A program made the position numbers and the translations under genes. Shown here in pieces: positions 1 to 9,658 of a stretch of 64,000 bases of DNA. Positions within the stretch are counted from its first letter, which is position 1. The number at the start of each line of letters is the position of its first letter. The notes below the pieces were generated by a model. The model had not been told where the DNA came from. It saw only the letters and a list, made by a program, of their open reading frames with translations, and did not search any database. The DNA lies in IMG/VR virus record IMGVR_UViG_3300012950_001127, positions 18,822 through 82,821 of that record; one strand, 5' to 3'. The stretch is from a virus.

Positions 1-207
1 TCTTCCTTCTATTCTGCTACAGAAGATAGCTATAGTATTGCGTTTTGGCGCCTTAAGGAAAAGATGTTTAAGCTTCCTACTATAGAAGACTATATGTCTA
101 AGATTGAGTCTATAACAAAGAAAGATATAATGGAGGCCGCAAATCTAGTTTTTGACAAAGATAAGCGACTAATGTTAATATGTCGAGGACCAGAAGATTC
201 TGGTTAA
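1..207 (+). CDS. C-terminal end of a probable M16 (pitrilysin/insulinase) family zinc peptidase, 5'-truncated by the window
   Basis: Frame 1 is open to TAA at 205-207 and translates ...PTIEDYMSKIESITKKDIMEAANLVFD...; this resembles the M16 C-terminal 'I..VT.EDI...A' helix. The active site is not in the window. Confidence 0.6.
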   Translation, partial: SSFYSATEDSYSIAFWRLKEKMFKLPTIEDYMSKIESITKKDIMEAANLVFDKDKRLMLICRGPEDSG

Positions 208-224
208 AAATTACTGGAGTAAGA

Positions 225-962
225 ATGACTGTTCCTGAGAAATCTATTTTGTTATATGAAGATGGAATTGGGCAAGTTGATTATGTGCAGCATATGGGCA
301 CTGATTTAACTATTGTCAATAGTGCGCGAGTTTCTTTTGGAAAAGAGAAAAAGGAGTTAGACAAGAGAGATATTAAGTTAATTAATTATTTAGTTAATCC
401 GCCAGAGGGCAAGATGCACTCTTCGGTATTTGAACATAATGTTGTTACCTTTCGCTTCATTGTTCCACTCTTTGTTCGCTCTCAACATCATAGACACCGG
501 ACTTGGTCTTATAATGAAATTAGTCGTCGCTATACTAATGTGAATATTCGATTTTATAATCCTGTCATGCTTAGAGCACAGCATGAGTCAAACAGACAAG
601 CAAGTAATCAAAGCGAACTAATTAACCCGCTTGTGTCTTATCCTAAGCATATGTATGCCGCTATGAACGCCTCTACTGCCATAAGAGAGCATGGAGAGAA
701 CAGCCTTTTGCTCTATGAAAGACTGCTTGAAAGCGGAGTTTGCAGAGAGCAGGCCAGAGGGGTGTTGCCTCAAAATATGTATACAGAGTATTATGGGACT
801 GTAAATCTCAATAACTTATTAAAGTTTATTGGACTTAGATTGCACGAAGGCGCACAATGGGAAATACAGCAAGTGGCAAAAGCTTGTCTTGATATTGCAA
901 CTACTCTGTGGCCTGTTGCGGTAGGTTCTTATAAGAAGTATTGTGAAGCTAATAGTAAATAA
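225..962 (+). CDS. thyX: Flavin-dependent thymidylate synthase ThyX
   Basis: Motifs ARVS, H-S-x-F-E-H, RHRTWSYNEISRRY, REQARGVLP and AQWEIQ. Start placed at ATG 225 after GGAG. Confidence 0.96.
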   Translation: MTVPEKSILLYEDGIGQVDYVQHMGTDLTIVNSARVSFGKEKKELDKRDIKLINYLVNPPEGKMHSSVFEHNVVTFRFIVPLFVRSQHHRHRTWSYNEISRRYTNVNIRFYNPVMLRAQHESNRQASNQSELINPLVSYPKHMYAAMNASTAIREHGENSLLLYERLLESGVCREQARGVLPQNMYTEYYGTVNLNNLLKFIGLRLHEGAQWEIQQVAKACLDIATTLWPVAVGSYKKYCEANSK

Positions 963-1112
963 CTCTCTTCTGCCGCCAAGTCTGGAAGATTTCGGGCAAA
1001 AACTTCACAAAATTGAGGGATCTTTTTTAAAAGACGGTAATATGTATATTGTATATGATATAAGTTAGTTGTAATTACTATGATTATTAAACATATATAA
1101 CATTTCGGAGAA

Positions 1113-1448
1113 ATGGTGAGTTTTGTTGATTTTTTAATATTTTTATTTGGCTGTACTGGCCTTACAATAAATTTAGTTTCCAGCGAAATACTGAGACCAC
1201 TTAGGGAGTTTGTTCTTTCTAAGTCAGAAAAATTGGGATATCTCTTAAGTTGCCCGATGTGTTCTGGGTTTTGGATTGGTTTAGTGGCAAGTAGCTTCTT
1301 TGAGATCAATCCTGTTTTTGGGGCAGCAACAGCTAGTTTTTCAAGTTGGTTTGCTGCAAACTTTATAGATGCGATATATGCAGTTGGTGTTTATTATGAT
1401 GTACAACTTCAAGATGGAGAATTAGAAGATGAAAGAACTACTGAGTAG
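1113..1448 (+). CDS. Small membrane protein, DUF1360-like
   Basis: Hydrophobic helices plus LLSCPMCSGFWIG, the CPxC..xW motif typical of DUF1360. Confidence 0.65.
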   Translation: MVSFVDFLIFLFGCTGLTINLVSSEILRPLREFVLSKSEKLGYLLSCPMCSGFWIGLVASSFFEINPVFGAATASFSSWFAANFIDAIYAVGVYYDVQLQDGELEDERTTE

Positions 1449-1938
1449 AGTTTCCCTTCCGGGAAGAGTTATTGATTTAATTTGGTCTGATGATGAATAT
1501 TACAGAGATATTATTTCTAATAAAAAAGTAACCAGCTCTGGAAAGTTTCCAAGATGTGACCAATGGTGTGATGAAGAGGGGTTTCATATGGCCTTTGCGC
1601 TGGCGGGCTATTCGTCGGAAGACGTAGAGGTGTTTGCCTCATTAAGTGAGATTCACATTCATGGACAAGGATTAAAGACTACTTCTGAAGCATCCTCCAA
1701 AGTTGTTGAGGAGGGGGAGGCAGAAGATGATTATCCCGCCAAAGAGCCGAGGTTAGGGGTCCAAACAGGCATGATCGTTAGAGGGATTGCCAGAAGAAAT
1801 TTTAAAACAAAATATTTTATAAATCAATTCTTTGATACGGCTAAGGCAATTGCGATTATGAACAATGGATTATTAGAAATAATTGTTCCAAAGTCTAAAA
1901 AACAAAGCCTTGAAAAGATCAAGATACAGGAGAAATAA
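1429..1938 (+). CDS. Small heat-shock protein (Hsp20/IbpA-like)
   Basis: FPRCD, ALAGYS..DV, RGIARRNF, NGLLEIIVP and a C-terminal I-K-I motif. Confidence 0.85.
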   Translation: MKELLSRVSLPGRVIDLIWSDDEYYRDIISNKKVTSSGKFPRCDQWCDEEGFHMAFALAGYSSEDVEVFASLSEIHIHGQGLKTTSEASSKVVEEGEAEDDYPAKEPRLGVQTGMIVRGIARRNFKTKYFINQFFDTAKAIAIMNNGLLEIIVPKSKKQSLEKIKIQEK

Positions 1939-1939
1939 A

Positions 1940-2194
1940 ATGGAAAATATTAATACTTTGATTAAGACAATGGTTGTCAGTATTGTTGATAATACTGAAG
2001 CCGTATTAGTTGAGGAGTCTGCTTCAGAAAAGGGAACTCTTTTTGAAATAAAAGTAGCGAAAGACGATGTTGGAAAGGTTATTGGGAAGCAGGGAAGAAT
2101 AGCTAGTGCTCTCAGAACCGTTGCTAAGGCAGCTGGGGCAAAAGCTGGAGTTAGAGTTATGGTCAATGTTTTCAACAAGCCTTTAGATGTTTAG
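1940..2194 (+). CDS. khpA: KH-domain RNA-binding protein KhpA (YlqC/UPF0109)
   Basis: 84-aa single KH domain containing VAKDDVGKVIGKQGRIASALRT (GxxG loop). Start at ATG 1940 after AGGAG. Confidence 0.88.
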   Translation: MENINTLIKTMVVSIVDNTEAVLVEESASEKGTLFEIKVAKDDVGKVIGKQGRIASALRTVAKAAGAKAGVRVMVNVFNKPLDV

Positions 2195-2214
2195 ATAAAT
2201 ATACGGAATATGTA

Positions 2215-2598
2215 ATGACTAAAAATTGGAGAGAAAAATGTATTAGTTATCCAAACTTAATGTTTGGAAGAGCCTTAAGAAGTGCTAAAAATAGAGCTAT
2301 AAAGCGCAAAATTCCTTTTGATTTAACCAGAGAGTATTTAATAGACTTATTTGAAGGTCAGAATGGATTATGTTATTATTCAGAAATTCCTCTCAATATA
2401 GTTAAAGAGAAGGAAAACAGAACACATGATCCATTTAAAATGTCTTTAGATTGTGTTGACCCAGACAAGGGTTATGTTCCGGGGAATGTTGTTTGGTGCG
2501 CATATTGTATTAATGCTTTAAAGCTAAAAATGTCTACTAACAAAATGGTAGATATATGCAGGCACGTGGTAAAGGTTGCAGGTGTAAAGGGCTGGTAG
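2215..2598 (+). CDS. Free-standing His-Me finger/HNH-like endonuclease
   Basis: Q.GLCYYS...SLD..D...GY..GNVVWC...IN.LK, a pattern common in small phage endonucleases. Confidence 0.7.
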   Translation: MTKNWREKCISYPNLMFGRALRSAKNRAIKRKIPFDLTREYLIDLFEGQNGLCYYSEIPLNIVKEKENRTHDPFKMSLDCVDPDKGYVPGNVVWCAYCINALKLKMSTNKMVDICRHVVKVAGVKGW

Positions 2599-2608
2599 TG
2601 AGGTTGGT

Positions 2609-2809
2609 ATGCTAGAAACAGAAGTAGAAAAGATTAAGAAGAAGGTTAATAGGATATATGAAAATTATGGCCTTGAGGTTGATGGTATGGCAGAAGAAGA
2701 AATGAGCAGAGTTTATAGATATTATATAGACGAAAAAAAACAATTGGAAAAAGATCTAAAAGACTCTGAAAAACATGCAACTTCTGTTGATAATGATAAG
2801 GCTTTATAG
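2609..2809 (+). CDS. Hypothetical protein
   Basis: 66-aa ORF with a GAGG Shine-Dalgarno sequence. Confidence 0.55.
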   Translation: MLETEVEKIKKKVNRIYENYGLEVDGMAEEEMSRVYRYYIDEKKQLEKDLKDSEKHATSVDNDKAL

Positions 2810-2882
2810 GATGTACTATTAATATTTATATTTTTATCGTAGGATGCACGCACACACATGTTTGCACTTGAAGGAATAGACG

Positions 2883-3167
2883 ATGGTAAACAAGAGAGAA
2901 CTAGCAAAACGAGTCGCACAAAAAACATTATTATCTCAGAAGGAGGCTCTTCAGGTTGTTGAGGAGCTATTCTCTTCTATTTTAGAATCTTTAGAAGAAG
3001 ACGAAGAAGTATCAATAGTAGGGTTTGGAAAGTTTTATTTATATACTCATTCTTCAAGACCAGTAAGGAATCCCAAGACTCAAGAAGAAATGATGCTAGA
3101 GCCATATAAGTCAGTTAAGTTTAAATCTAGCGATAAAGTTAAAAAGCATTTTAAGAAAAAGTCTTAA
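2883..3167 (+). CDS. HU/IHF-family DNA-binding protein
   Basis: MVNKRELAK, VSIVGFGKF, RNPKT and VKFK motifs. Confidence 0.93.
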   Translation: MVNKRELAKRVAQKTLLSQKEALQVVEELFSSILESLEEDEEVSIVGFGKFYLYTHSSRPVRNPKTQEEMMLEPYKSVKFKSSDKVKKHFKKKS

Positions 3168-3176
3168 GGGGATCGA

Positions 3177-6100
3177 ATGGCGGTTGATAGCAAAGCAAAG
3201 TCTACTGAGTTTACTAGCGCAGTAACAATTGTAACGGCAGAATGGGCGAATTCCCATTTTATTACAGAGATTGAAGAAGGTCATTACGGGCACGTTCACG
3301 ATGGTGAGCTAACGGACGGACACGCGGGGAAGGTTAATTTAACTGCTGGCGCGCACGTGCGCGGTCAGTTGCGTCATGCAAACTTGGCTGATGTTGCTGT
3401 ACAAAAAAGAAATGTTCAAACATATCCGATAGGCCAAATATATAACGCCATTCCTGTATATGAAATAGATAGTGAAGGGAATAAACAATACTATCTAGAC
3501 CTAAGCTTGTTTGAGCCTGCCGGTGATGATAAAAATATACAATATAATCATAACGGTGTTCTCGGCGCAGAGTCTGGATTCTCTTGGGACTATACAAATA
3601 ATAGGTTAGGGCTGGGATATGACAACCCCATGGCAAGAATTCATGTAGTAGGCACAGATAATAGCAACGATTCCGTCCTTTTTTTCACAGAGACACACGA
3701 TGGCGACGGGGGCGGGAATCTAGTTTTTAGAAAAGCTAGAGGCGGAGTTGCAAATCCGACTGGTACAGGCTACCTTGGCGTCACAAGTGGTGATTTTATT
3801 GGCACTATTCGGTTCGATGGGTACGATTCAGATAATAGTGATCCAAGCTCCACTGGATATACGAAAGCTGCATCTATTCATGCTAAAGTTGATGGCGCCC
3901 CTGTTGCCGGATCGGTCCCAGGAAAAATTATATTTAAAACGGTTCCGGTGAGCGGCACCAGTCTGATAGAAAGAGTAACCATTAAGAATGATGGAAAGGT
4001 TGGCATAGGAATCGAGGAGCCAACAGCTCTTCTTCATGTAGATGGTGGAGCAATAATTGAAGGTGATTTAACTGTAAATGGAACAATGACCACTCTTAAT
4101 ACTACAGAGATGACAGTTGACGATCCAAATATTGAGTTAAATGCCATTGGCTCTTCTGCTACAGATACACTTGCAGATGGAGGAGGAATTACCCTTCATG
4201 GAAGCGGATCTTCTGTTTATACAATCGCTTGGGCTAACGCAACTAATCGTTGGCACTTTAACCAAGGCATAGAGATTGATGGGACTGATACAAACTTAAT
4301 CGTAGGAGGGGACAGCCCTGGAGCCGGAAGCAATCAGATAGGACTCAGAACAGACAGTCCTGCGTTTCCATTCCATATGCAGAACAGTGATCAGCTTATT
4401 GCGCATAATGAGCCAGCGAATGCTGATTGCAAGTCTATTCAGTTTAGAAAGAGTAAGGGAGCTACGGGGGCATACACAGATTATACGAAAGTAACTACTG
4501 ATGATGCCCTTGGGGCCATTAGATTTTTTGGAGCAGATGGAGCAAAGTATGTGCAAGCAGCAAATATTGTTAGCTTTGTTGATGAAGACGCCCTCGGGGT
4601 CGATGTGGACGATATGCCCGGAATGCTTGTGTTCGGAACTACAAGTGATGGAGACAATTCTGTTACAGAAAGAGTAAGGATTTCAAGCAAAGGTCATGTA
4701 GGAATTGGACTTGTAGAGGGTGGAGGGACAGAGGTTCTTAGAAGGCTTGATGTTAAAGGTGCCGCTGGAGCTAATACATCCCCCGTAAGAATTAGAGAAA
4801 TTACCGAAGGTATGGGGAAGGTTTTAGTTTGGGATAAAGACGGAGACATGGGATCGGCCCCCAATAATTTAGCTGGCGATGTATATTGGGCTCCTATAGA
4901 GTTTTTCGAATCAACTGAAGAGAATCCAGCTACGGTAGAGGTTTCAGGGCCTGAAAATGAAGACACTGCGGTTGTTGTAAACCCTCCATCAGGAGGGTAT
5001 GATGCCGATGGCATTGAGCTGATGTTTTATTCTGTTAATCCGAGTAATAATCGTATTCCCTTTAATATAAATCAGCATGGACATATGGGAGTTGGGAAGA
5101 TTAATGCTGGACAAACTTATAGAATTGACGCCGATGGAGTTGTAAATGCAACCGGATTTGCTATTGGTGGAGTTGCGTTAACAGCGTCTATTGGGCAGCT
5201 TAATGATGCTGGAGGCCAAACGCCAGCGGCAGGTGGCACAGCAGAGGCTAACAAGGCTGTTGTTTTAGACGCCAATAAAGATATAGTTGGCCTTAGAGAT
5301 CAGAAGCTTGAGGGGGATATACATTTTACAAATGACACAAAGGGATTTAAGGACGCTAACGGAAATTATCAAGCTAAATTCAATCAAGTTGCTGACGCTG
5401 TAAATAATTTAGCGATTTCTAATGCTGCAACAGGAGGAGCTCCAGTTCTTGCGGCCTCTGGATCAGATGCTAACGTTGGATTAACTTTCAGCACACAAGG
5501 GACGGGAGCGCATGTTCTTAGACACGCCAACCAAGACACTTTGGCTATAAGAAATGATTCTGGAGATGCTATTTATCAGCAGCAGGTGGCCGGGAAAGAT
5601 CATGTATTTAAAGCTCAAGATGGGGTCGAAGCGTTAAGAATTAAGAGCGATGGTAACGTCGGCATCGGAATTGCCTCTCCTAATGATTACGTAGATGAAA
5701 AGAGAAATCTTGTACTTGGATCAACAACAGCCCACACGGGAATGACTATTGTTTCCGGGCCTACCCATATGGGCACGATTCAATTCAGAAGTGATACCGC
5801 CGTTAACAATATAGAAGGCTGGGTGGACTATAGCCAGAATTCAAAGGCAATGCGCTTTGGAACTAATGGCCTTAACACTCGTATGGTTATTGACTCATCT
5901 GGCAACGTCGGTATTGGAACGATTAACCCGGTTCATACGCTGGATGTAACGGGAGACATAAACTTAACTGGGGATTTTTCTTTTGATGCATCTGCAGCAG
6001 TTGTCAGTGCCATTTTAGATGAAGATGCAATGGGGTCAAATAGCGCAACAGCATTGGCAACCCAACAGTCTATTAAGGCATATGTTGATTCGCAAGTGAC

Positions 6101-8678
6101 GGCTCAAGATTTAGACTTTCAAGGCGATACTGGCGGCGCTTTCTCTATTGATTTAGACTCAGAGACTTTAATTGTTGCAGGTGGTACGGGAATAGATTCT
6201 GTAGGTTCTAGTAACACAGTTACTCTAAATATAGATGCAACGGTTGCTACATTAGAAGGATCACAAGCGCTTACAAATAAAACGTTAACCAGCCCTGTGT
6301 TAAACACAGGTGTTAGTGGTAGTGCCATATTAGACGAAGACGATCTGTCTTCTGATAGCGACACGAAGCTTGCCACACAGCAGTCTATTAAAGCATATGT
6401 TGATTCGCAAGGCGGCGGGGTGACCCTAGCAGGGAATGTAGACAACAGATTAGTAACCGCTACTGGCTCCGGGTTAAGTGGTGAGGCTGGACTTACATAT
6501 GATGGAACAGTTGTTATAGCTCAAGATAGTGATGTTCTCATCCAGACTAATAACACTTCTGATTCAGCACATAAGAGAATTACATTTGCAAAGAGCGCGA
6601 ACGCAACCGCTGGGCTTCATGGTTTGGTTGCAAATAACGAAGATCTTGGTGCCTTGGAATGGCAGGCGTCAGATGGAACCGACTATGGCGTCTCTGCGCT
6701 TATTAAAGCACAGATAGATGCACCCCCAGGAGATAATGATACTCCGGGCAGATTAACCTTCTGGACAACTTCAGATGATGCCGATACTGCCACTGAAAGA
6801 ATGAGGATAGATAGCGCTGGAAATATCGGCATAAATGGTTGCACTGATCCCAAGAGAGCCTTGCAGACTCATAATGGTGATATTGCAATAAGAATGAACC
6901 CAGGAAACTCTAGCGTCCCAAAGGCTCTTATTTTTCAGTCTGGTAGAGACGGTTCTGTGAATGGCCAAACGATAGTGGAGGATAATGATGTTCTTGGTTA
7001 TTTAAGGTGGGACGGCGCTGATGGTGACCAAGATATTGTTGCGGCAAGTATTCATGCTACGGTAACAGGCTCTCCTGGCAATAATAATATGCCTGCCTCT
7101 ATTTGTTTTTCAACCAATTCGGGGGCTGCAGCCACGACGGAGAAGATGATTCTTACGCCCACTGGAGATCTTGAGCTTTTGCTTGGCGGAGAACTTAGAT
7201 GGCACGATGATGATAGCACGCGTTATGTTGGCTTTAAATCCCCGTCAGTTGTTAGCAACAATGTAATGTGGACGCTGCCTGCTGCTGACGGAAGTGATGG
7301 TGATGTCCTCACTACCGATAGCAACGGAACCCTAAGCTGGGCCGCTGCAAGTGGAGGCTTAGATGCCTCAAACGGCTCAAGCGACAGAATAGCCACATTT
7401 TCTGATAGCGATAGCTTGTATGGAGAGGCAGATCTAGAGTTTGACTCTCAAGCTTTAAAAGTAACAGCTCATGATGTAGCTATAAATTCTGTAGGAGCCA
7501 ATCTAACCGCTCAGGTTCTTGCCTTCTTTAAGGACAAGGCCGGCGAGATTGTGACTTATCTAGATGGAAATAATGCAAATGATACAGCATTGGGGCACAT
7601 TGAGTTTCAAGGTTTTGATGGAAGCAATCAAAGAATTGGCGCAAGAATATCATCATATGTTGACGCCACTCCTGGGTCTTCAGATATGCCCTCGCGCCTT
7701 GTTTTTTGGACTACGCCAAACGGCACTGCAACTCCAGTGGAGAGGTTGAGAATAACACAAGCGGGGAATGTGGGGATCGGAGCAACTAATCCGACAAACC
7801 CACTTCATGTAAATGGAAATATTGCTGTAGGCGGAAGTAATAATGAATTAAGATTTTATGATGGGCCAAACTATGTAGGATTTGAGGCTCCAGACTTGTC
7901 TTCCAGTCAAATTTGGGTACTGCCTGCTGCTGACGGAAGTGATGGTGATGTCCTCACTACCGATAGCAACGGAATCCTAAGCTGGGCCGCTGGCGGAAGC
8001 GGGGCTGTTGCAACCTATTCCAATACCGGAAACAATAGAATCATAACATCAGTTAATTCCAGCACCATAAACGGAGAGGCAAACCTCACATTTGACGGAA
8101 ATGAATTTATAGTAGAGTCAACCACTAATGCAGTCAAGATTGCTTATGACGGCTCAAGTCATACAGTGTTAGATACAAGTTCCGCAGGGCAATTCAATAT
8201 TCAGCCATCGAGCGGGTCAGCCGTTGTTCATGGAAGCCTATCTGCAGGAAGAGCGGTTTTGCAAGCAACAGATGCAGACATAACGTTGTCGGACACAGAA
8301 TCTGGGGCGCTTGTTATATTTAATTCTACAACAGCAAGAACCATTACTCTGCCTAATGCAACAGCTTCAACTGTAGGAGCATGGTTTACAATCATGGTAG
8401 GGAAAGCGCCGAGCCTCAATGAGCATGTTATTTCAATAGCAGCTAATTCGAGTGATTACATCGGCGGCGGTGTTCTTATGTACAAGGACAATGATGACAG
8501 TACCTTTCGGGGCGCTGGAGCCCTTAAGGTAAAAATTGAAACAGGAACAGACGCGCTTGGGCAGGTTGATTCTATATTTACATTGCTATGTACTGGCGAT
8601 AATACCTGGACGTGTATGCCTAATGACTCATTTGTAATTTTTACTGCTGAAAATCCAGGCCAGCCATTTTCTACCTGA
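3177..8678 (+). CDS. Long mosaic tail-fibre/adhesin-like virion protein (1833 aa)
   Basis: Many GNVGIG beta repeats, about five copies of an FxKxRG...G.I.F.G.DG...PG.L.F.T...ER..I module, and duplicated TLPAADG..GDVLTTD and ATQQSIKAYVDSQ modules. Confidence 0.8.
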   Translation: MAVDSKAKSTEFTSAVTIVTAEWANSHFITEIEEGHYGHVHDGELTDGHAGKVNLTAGAHVRGQLRHANLADVAVQKRNVQTYPIGQIYNAIPVYEIDSEGNKQYYLDLSLFEPAGDDKNIQYNHNGVLGAESGFSWDYTNNRLGLGYDNPMARIHVVGTDNSNDSVLFFTETHDGDGGGNLVFRKARGGVANPTGTGYLGVTSGDFIGTIRFDGYDSDNSDPSSTGYTKAASIHAKVDGAPVAGSVPGKIIFKTVPVSGTSLIERVTIKNDGKVGIGIEEPTALLHVDGGAIIEGDLTVNGTMTTLNTTEMTVDDPNIELNAIGSSATDTLADGGGITLHGSGSSVYTIAWANATNRWHFNQGIEIDGTDTNLIVGGDSPGAGSNQIGLRTDSPAFPFHMQNSDQLIAHNEPANADCKSIQFRKSKGATGAYTDYTKVTTDDALGAIRFFGADGAKYVQAANIVSFVDEDALGVDVDDMPGMLVFGTTSDGDNSVTERVRISSKGHVGIGLVEGGGTEVLRRLDVKGAAGANTSPVRIREITEGMGKVLVWDKDGDMGSAPNNLAGDVYWAPIEFFESTEENPATVEVSGPENEDTAVVVNPPSGGYDADGIELMFYSVNPSNNRIPFNINQHGHMGVGKINAGQTYRIDADGVVNATGFAIGGVALTASIGQLNDAGGQTPAAGGTAEANKAVVLDANKDIVGLRDQKLEGDIHFTNDTKGFKDANGNYQAKFNQVADAVNNLAISNAATGGAPVLAASGSDANVGLTFSTQGTGAHVLRHANQDTLAIRNDSGDAIYQQQVAGKDHVFKAQDGVEALRIKSDGNVGIGIASPNDYVDEKRNLVLGSTTAHTGMTIVSGPTHMGTIQFRSDTAVNNIEGWVDYSQNSKAMRFGTNGLNTRMVIDSSGNVGIGTINPVHTLDVTGDINLTGDFSFDASAAVVSAILDEDAMGSNSATALATQQSIKAYVDSQVTAQDLDFQGDTGGAFSIDLDSETLIVAGGTGIDSVGSSNTVTLNIDATVATLEGSQALTNKTLTSPVLNTGVSGSAILDEDDLSSDSDTKLATQQSIKAYVDSQGGGVTLAGNVDNRLVTATGSGLSGEAGLTYDGTVVIAQDSDVLIQTNNTSDSAHKRITFAKSANATAGLHGLVANNEDLGALEWQASDGTDYGVSALIKAQIDAPPGDNDTPGRLTFWTTSDDADTATERMRIDSAGNIGINGCTDPKRALQTHNGDIAIRMNPGNSSVPKALIFQSGRDGSVNGQTIVEDNDVLGYLRWDGADGDQDIVAASIHATVTGSPGNNNMPASICFSTNSGAAATTEKMILTPTGDLELLLGGELRWHDDDSTRYVGFKSPSVVSNNVMWTLPAADGSDGDVLTTDSNGTLSWAAASGGLDASNGSSDRIATFSDSDSLYGEADLEFDSQALKVTAHDVAINSVGANLTAQVLAFFKDKAGEIVTYLDGNNANDTALGHIEFQGFDGSNQRIGARISSYVDATPGSSDMPSRLVFWTTPNGTATPVERLRITQAGNVGIGATNPTNPLHVNGNIAVGGSNNELRFYDGPNYVGFEAPDLSSSQIWVLPAADGSDGDVLTTDSNGILSWAAGGSGAVATYSNTGNNRIITSVNSSTINGEANLTFDGNEFIVESTTNAVKIAYDGSSHTVLDTSSAGQFNIQPSSGSAVVHGSLSAGRAVLQATDADITLSDTESGALVIFNSTTARTITLPNATASTVGAWFTIMVGKAPSLNEHVISIAANSSDYIGGGVLMYKDNDDSTFRGAGALKVKIETGTDALGQVDSIFTLLCTGDNTWTCMPNDSFVIFTAENPGQPFST
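7275..7992 (+). repeat. 73-bp near-perfect direct repeat pair within the tail-fibre gene (7275-7347 and 7920-7992)
   Basis: Identical except for one C/T difference; encodes LPAADGSDGDVLTTDSNG(T/I)LSWAA. Confidence 0.9.
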
Positions 8679-8764
8679 TACCTTCGGCCAATATTATGTT
8701 CAAATGCTTTTGTGCATATTTCGTATAATACATACAAAGATTTGTACAGTCTAAGGAGTTTACT

Positions 8765-9094
8765 TTGCAGGCCTATATTGTTTTAAGTTGTAATGGGCAT
8801 GTTGATTTGGATGGATTTTTATATTGCAATTCTATTTCAAATCCAATTATTGATTTATCAAAAGTAAAAAAAGAAGAAAGAGAAAAAGTTTTTCACTTTT
8901 TAGACAATGCATGTGGATTATTTGATTCTACATGTTATGACTATAATAAATGCATTAATATAGTAACATTCTTGTATAGGAATTTTAATTTAATTAGTGA
9001 AGAAAATTTACGAAAAATTCAAGCATTTTTAAAAATGCATAAAGTTTGCGGAGTATATATAATGTTAGTGTTAAAAGAGGATTACAATGTCTGA
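8765..9094 (+). CDS. Hypothetical protein
   Basis: TTG start after AAGGAG; first gene of an overlapping chain. Confidence 0.6.
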   Translation: MQAYIVLSCNGHVDLDGFLYCNSISNPIIDLSKVKKEEREKVFHFLDNACGLFDSTCYDYNKCINIVTFLYRNFNLISEENLRKIQAFLKMHKVCGVYIMLVLKEDYNV

Positions 9095-9443
9095 TTTGAA
9101 AGTGCCACAAAATAATAAATATTTAGAGTCAAAAACAAAGGGAGTTAGAAATAAAGTAGAGGAAGCTTTCAATGATTTTAAGCTGCTGTTGTCAGACAAA
9201 ACTCATCCAGACAATCAAACTCCTGGATTTCATAACCGAGTCGTAGGTATTTTAAATAATTTGCTTGTAGCCGCAGATGATCTTGACTCTACAAACCCTG
9301 GAGAGGGTATTTTTGGTTTAATTATATTAGCCTTAAGATCTAATTTAAAACTTAAAGATGATAGAGTTAAATTAGAAGTAGAAGTTAGAGAGTTGAGAAG
9401 AGAAATAGAAAAGCTTAAAAAGAATCAAAAGATAAAGAGATGA
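9087..9443 (+). CDS. Hypothetical protein with C-terminal coiled coil
   Basis: GAGG SD; overlaps both neighbours. Confidence 0.65.
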   Translation: MSDLKVPQNNKYLESKTKGVRNKVEEAFNDFKLLLSDKTHPDNQTPGFHNRVVGILNNLLVAADDLDSTNPGEGIFGLIILALRSNLKLKDDRVKLEVEVRELRREIEKLKKNQKIKR

Positions 9444-9658
9444 CGTTTAAGAGCAAAGCTATAAAGCTTTTAACGGATAAAGCTTCTAATGTAAGTAAAG
9501 AGATTAGAAAAATAGAGGACGATGCCAAAAAATTTTCCGTTGACTGCTCCTCCGACCGTGTCTACAATGCTCTTGTGGGCTACCGTGAAGGCCTTAGAGA
9601 TGTTCTGCAGGAACTAAGGAGTTTGAATGAAGGCGTCAGAGGTAATAGGGATATTTGA
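9440..9658 (+). CDS. Hypothetical protein
   Basis: ATGA overlap with the upstream gene. Confidence 0.55.
   Translation: MTFKSKAIKLLTDKASNVSKEIRKIEDDAKKFSVDCSSDRVYNALVGYREGLRDVLQELRSLNEGVRGNRDI

Noticed and set aside
180-224. Longer N-terminal extensions given by the ORF track (thyX 180, khpA 1883, sigma 16232, 40416, 51213)
   Set aside because: They overlap upstream genes, and downstream ATGs with SD sequences or stop-start coupling fit better.
963-1112. tRNA or structured ncRNA after thyX
   Set aside because: Only weak G:U-rich stems are present, with no cloverleaf or T-loop consensus.
7275-7992. Repeat pair as a diversity-generating retroelement TR/VR
   Set aside because: Both copies are inside one ORF, there is only one mismatch, and no reverse transcriptase is present in the window.
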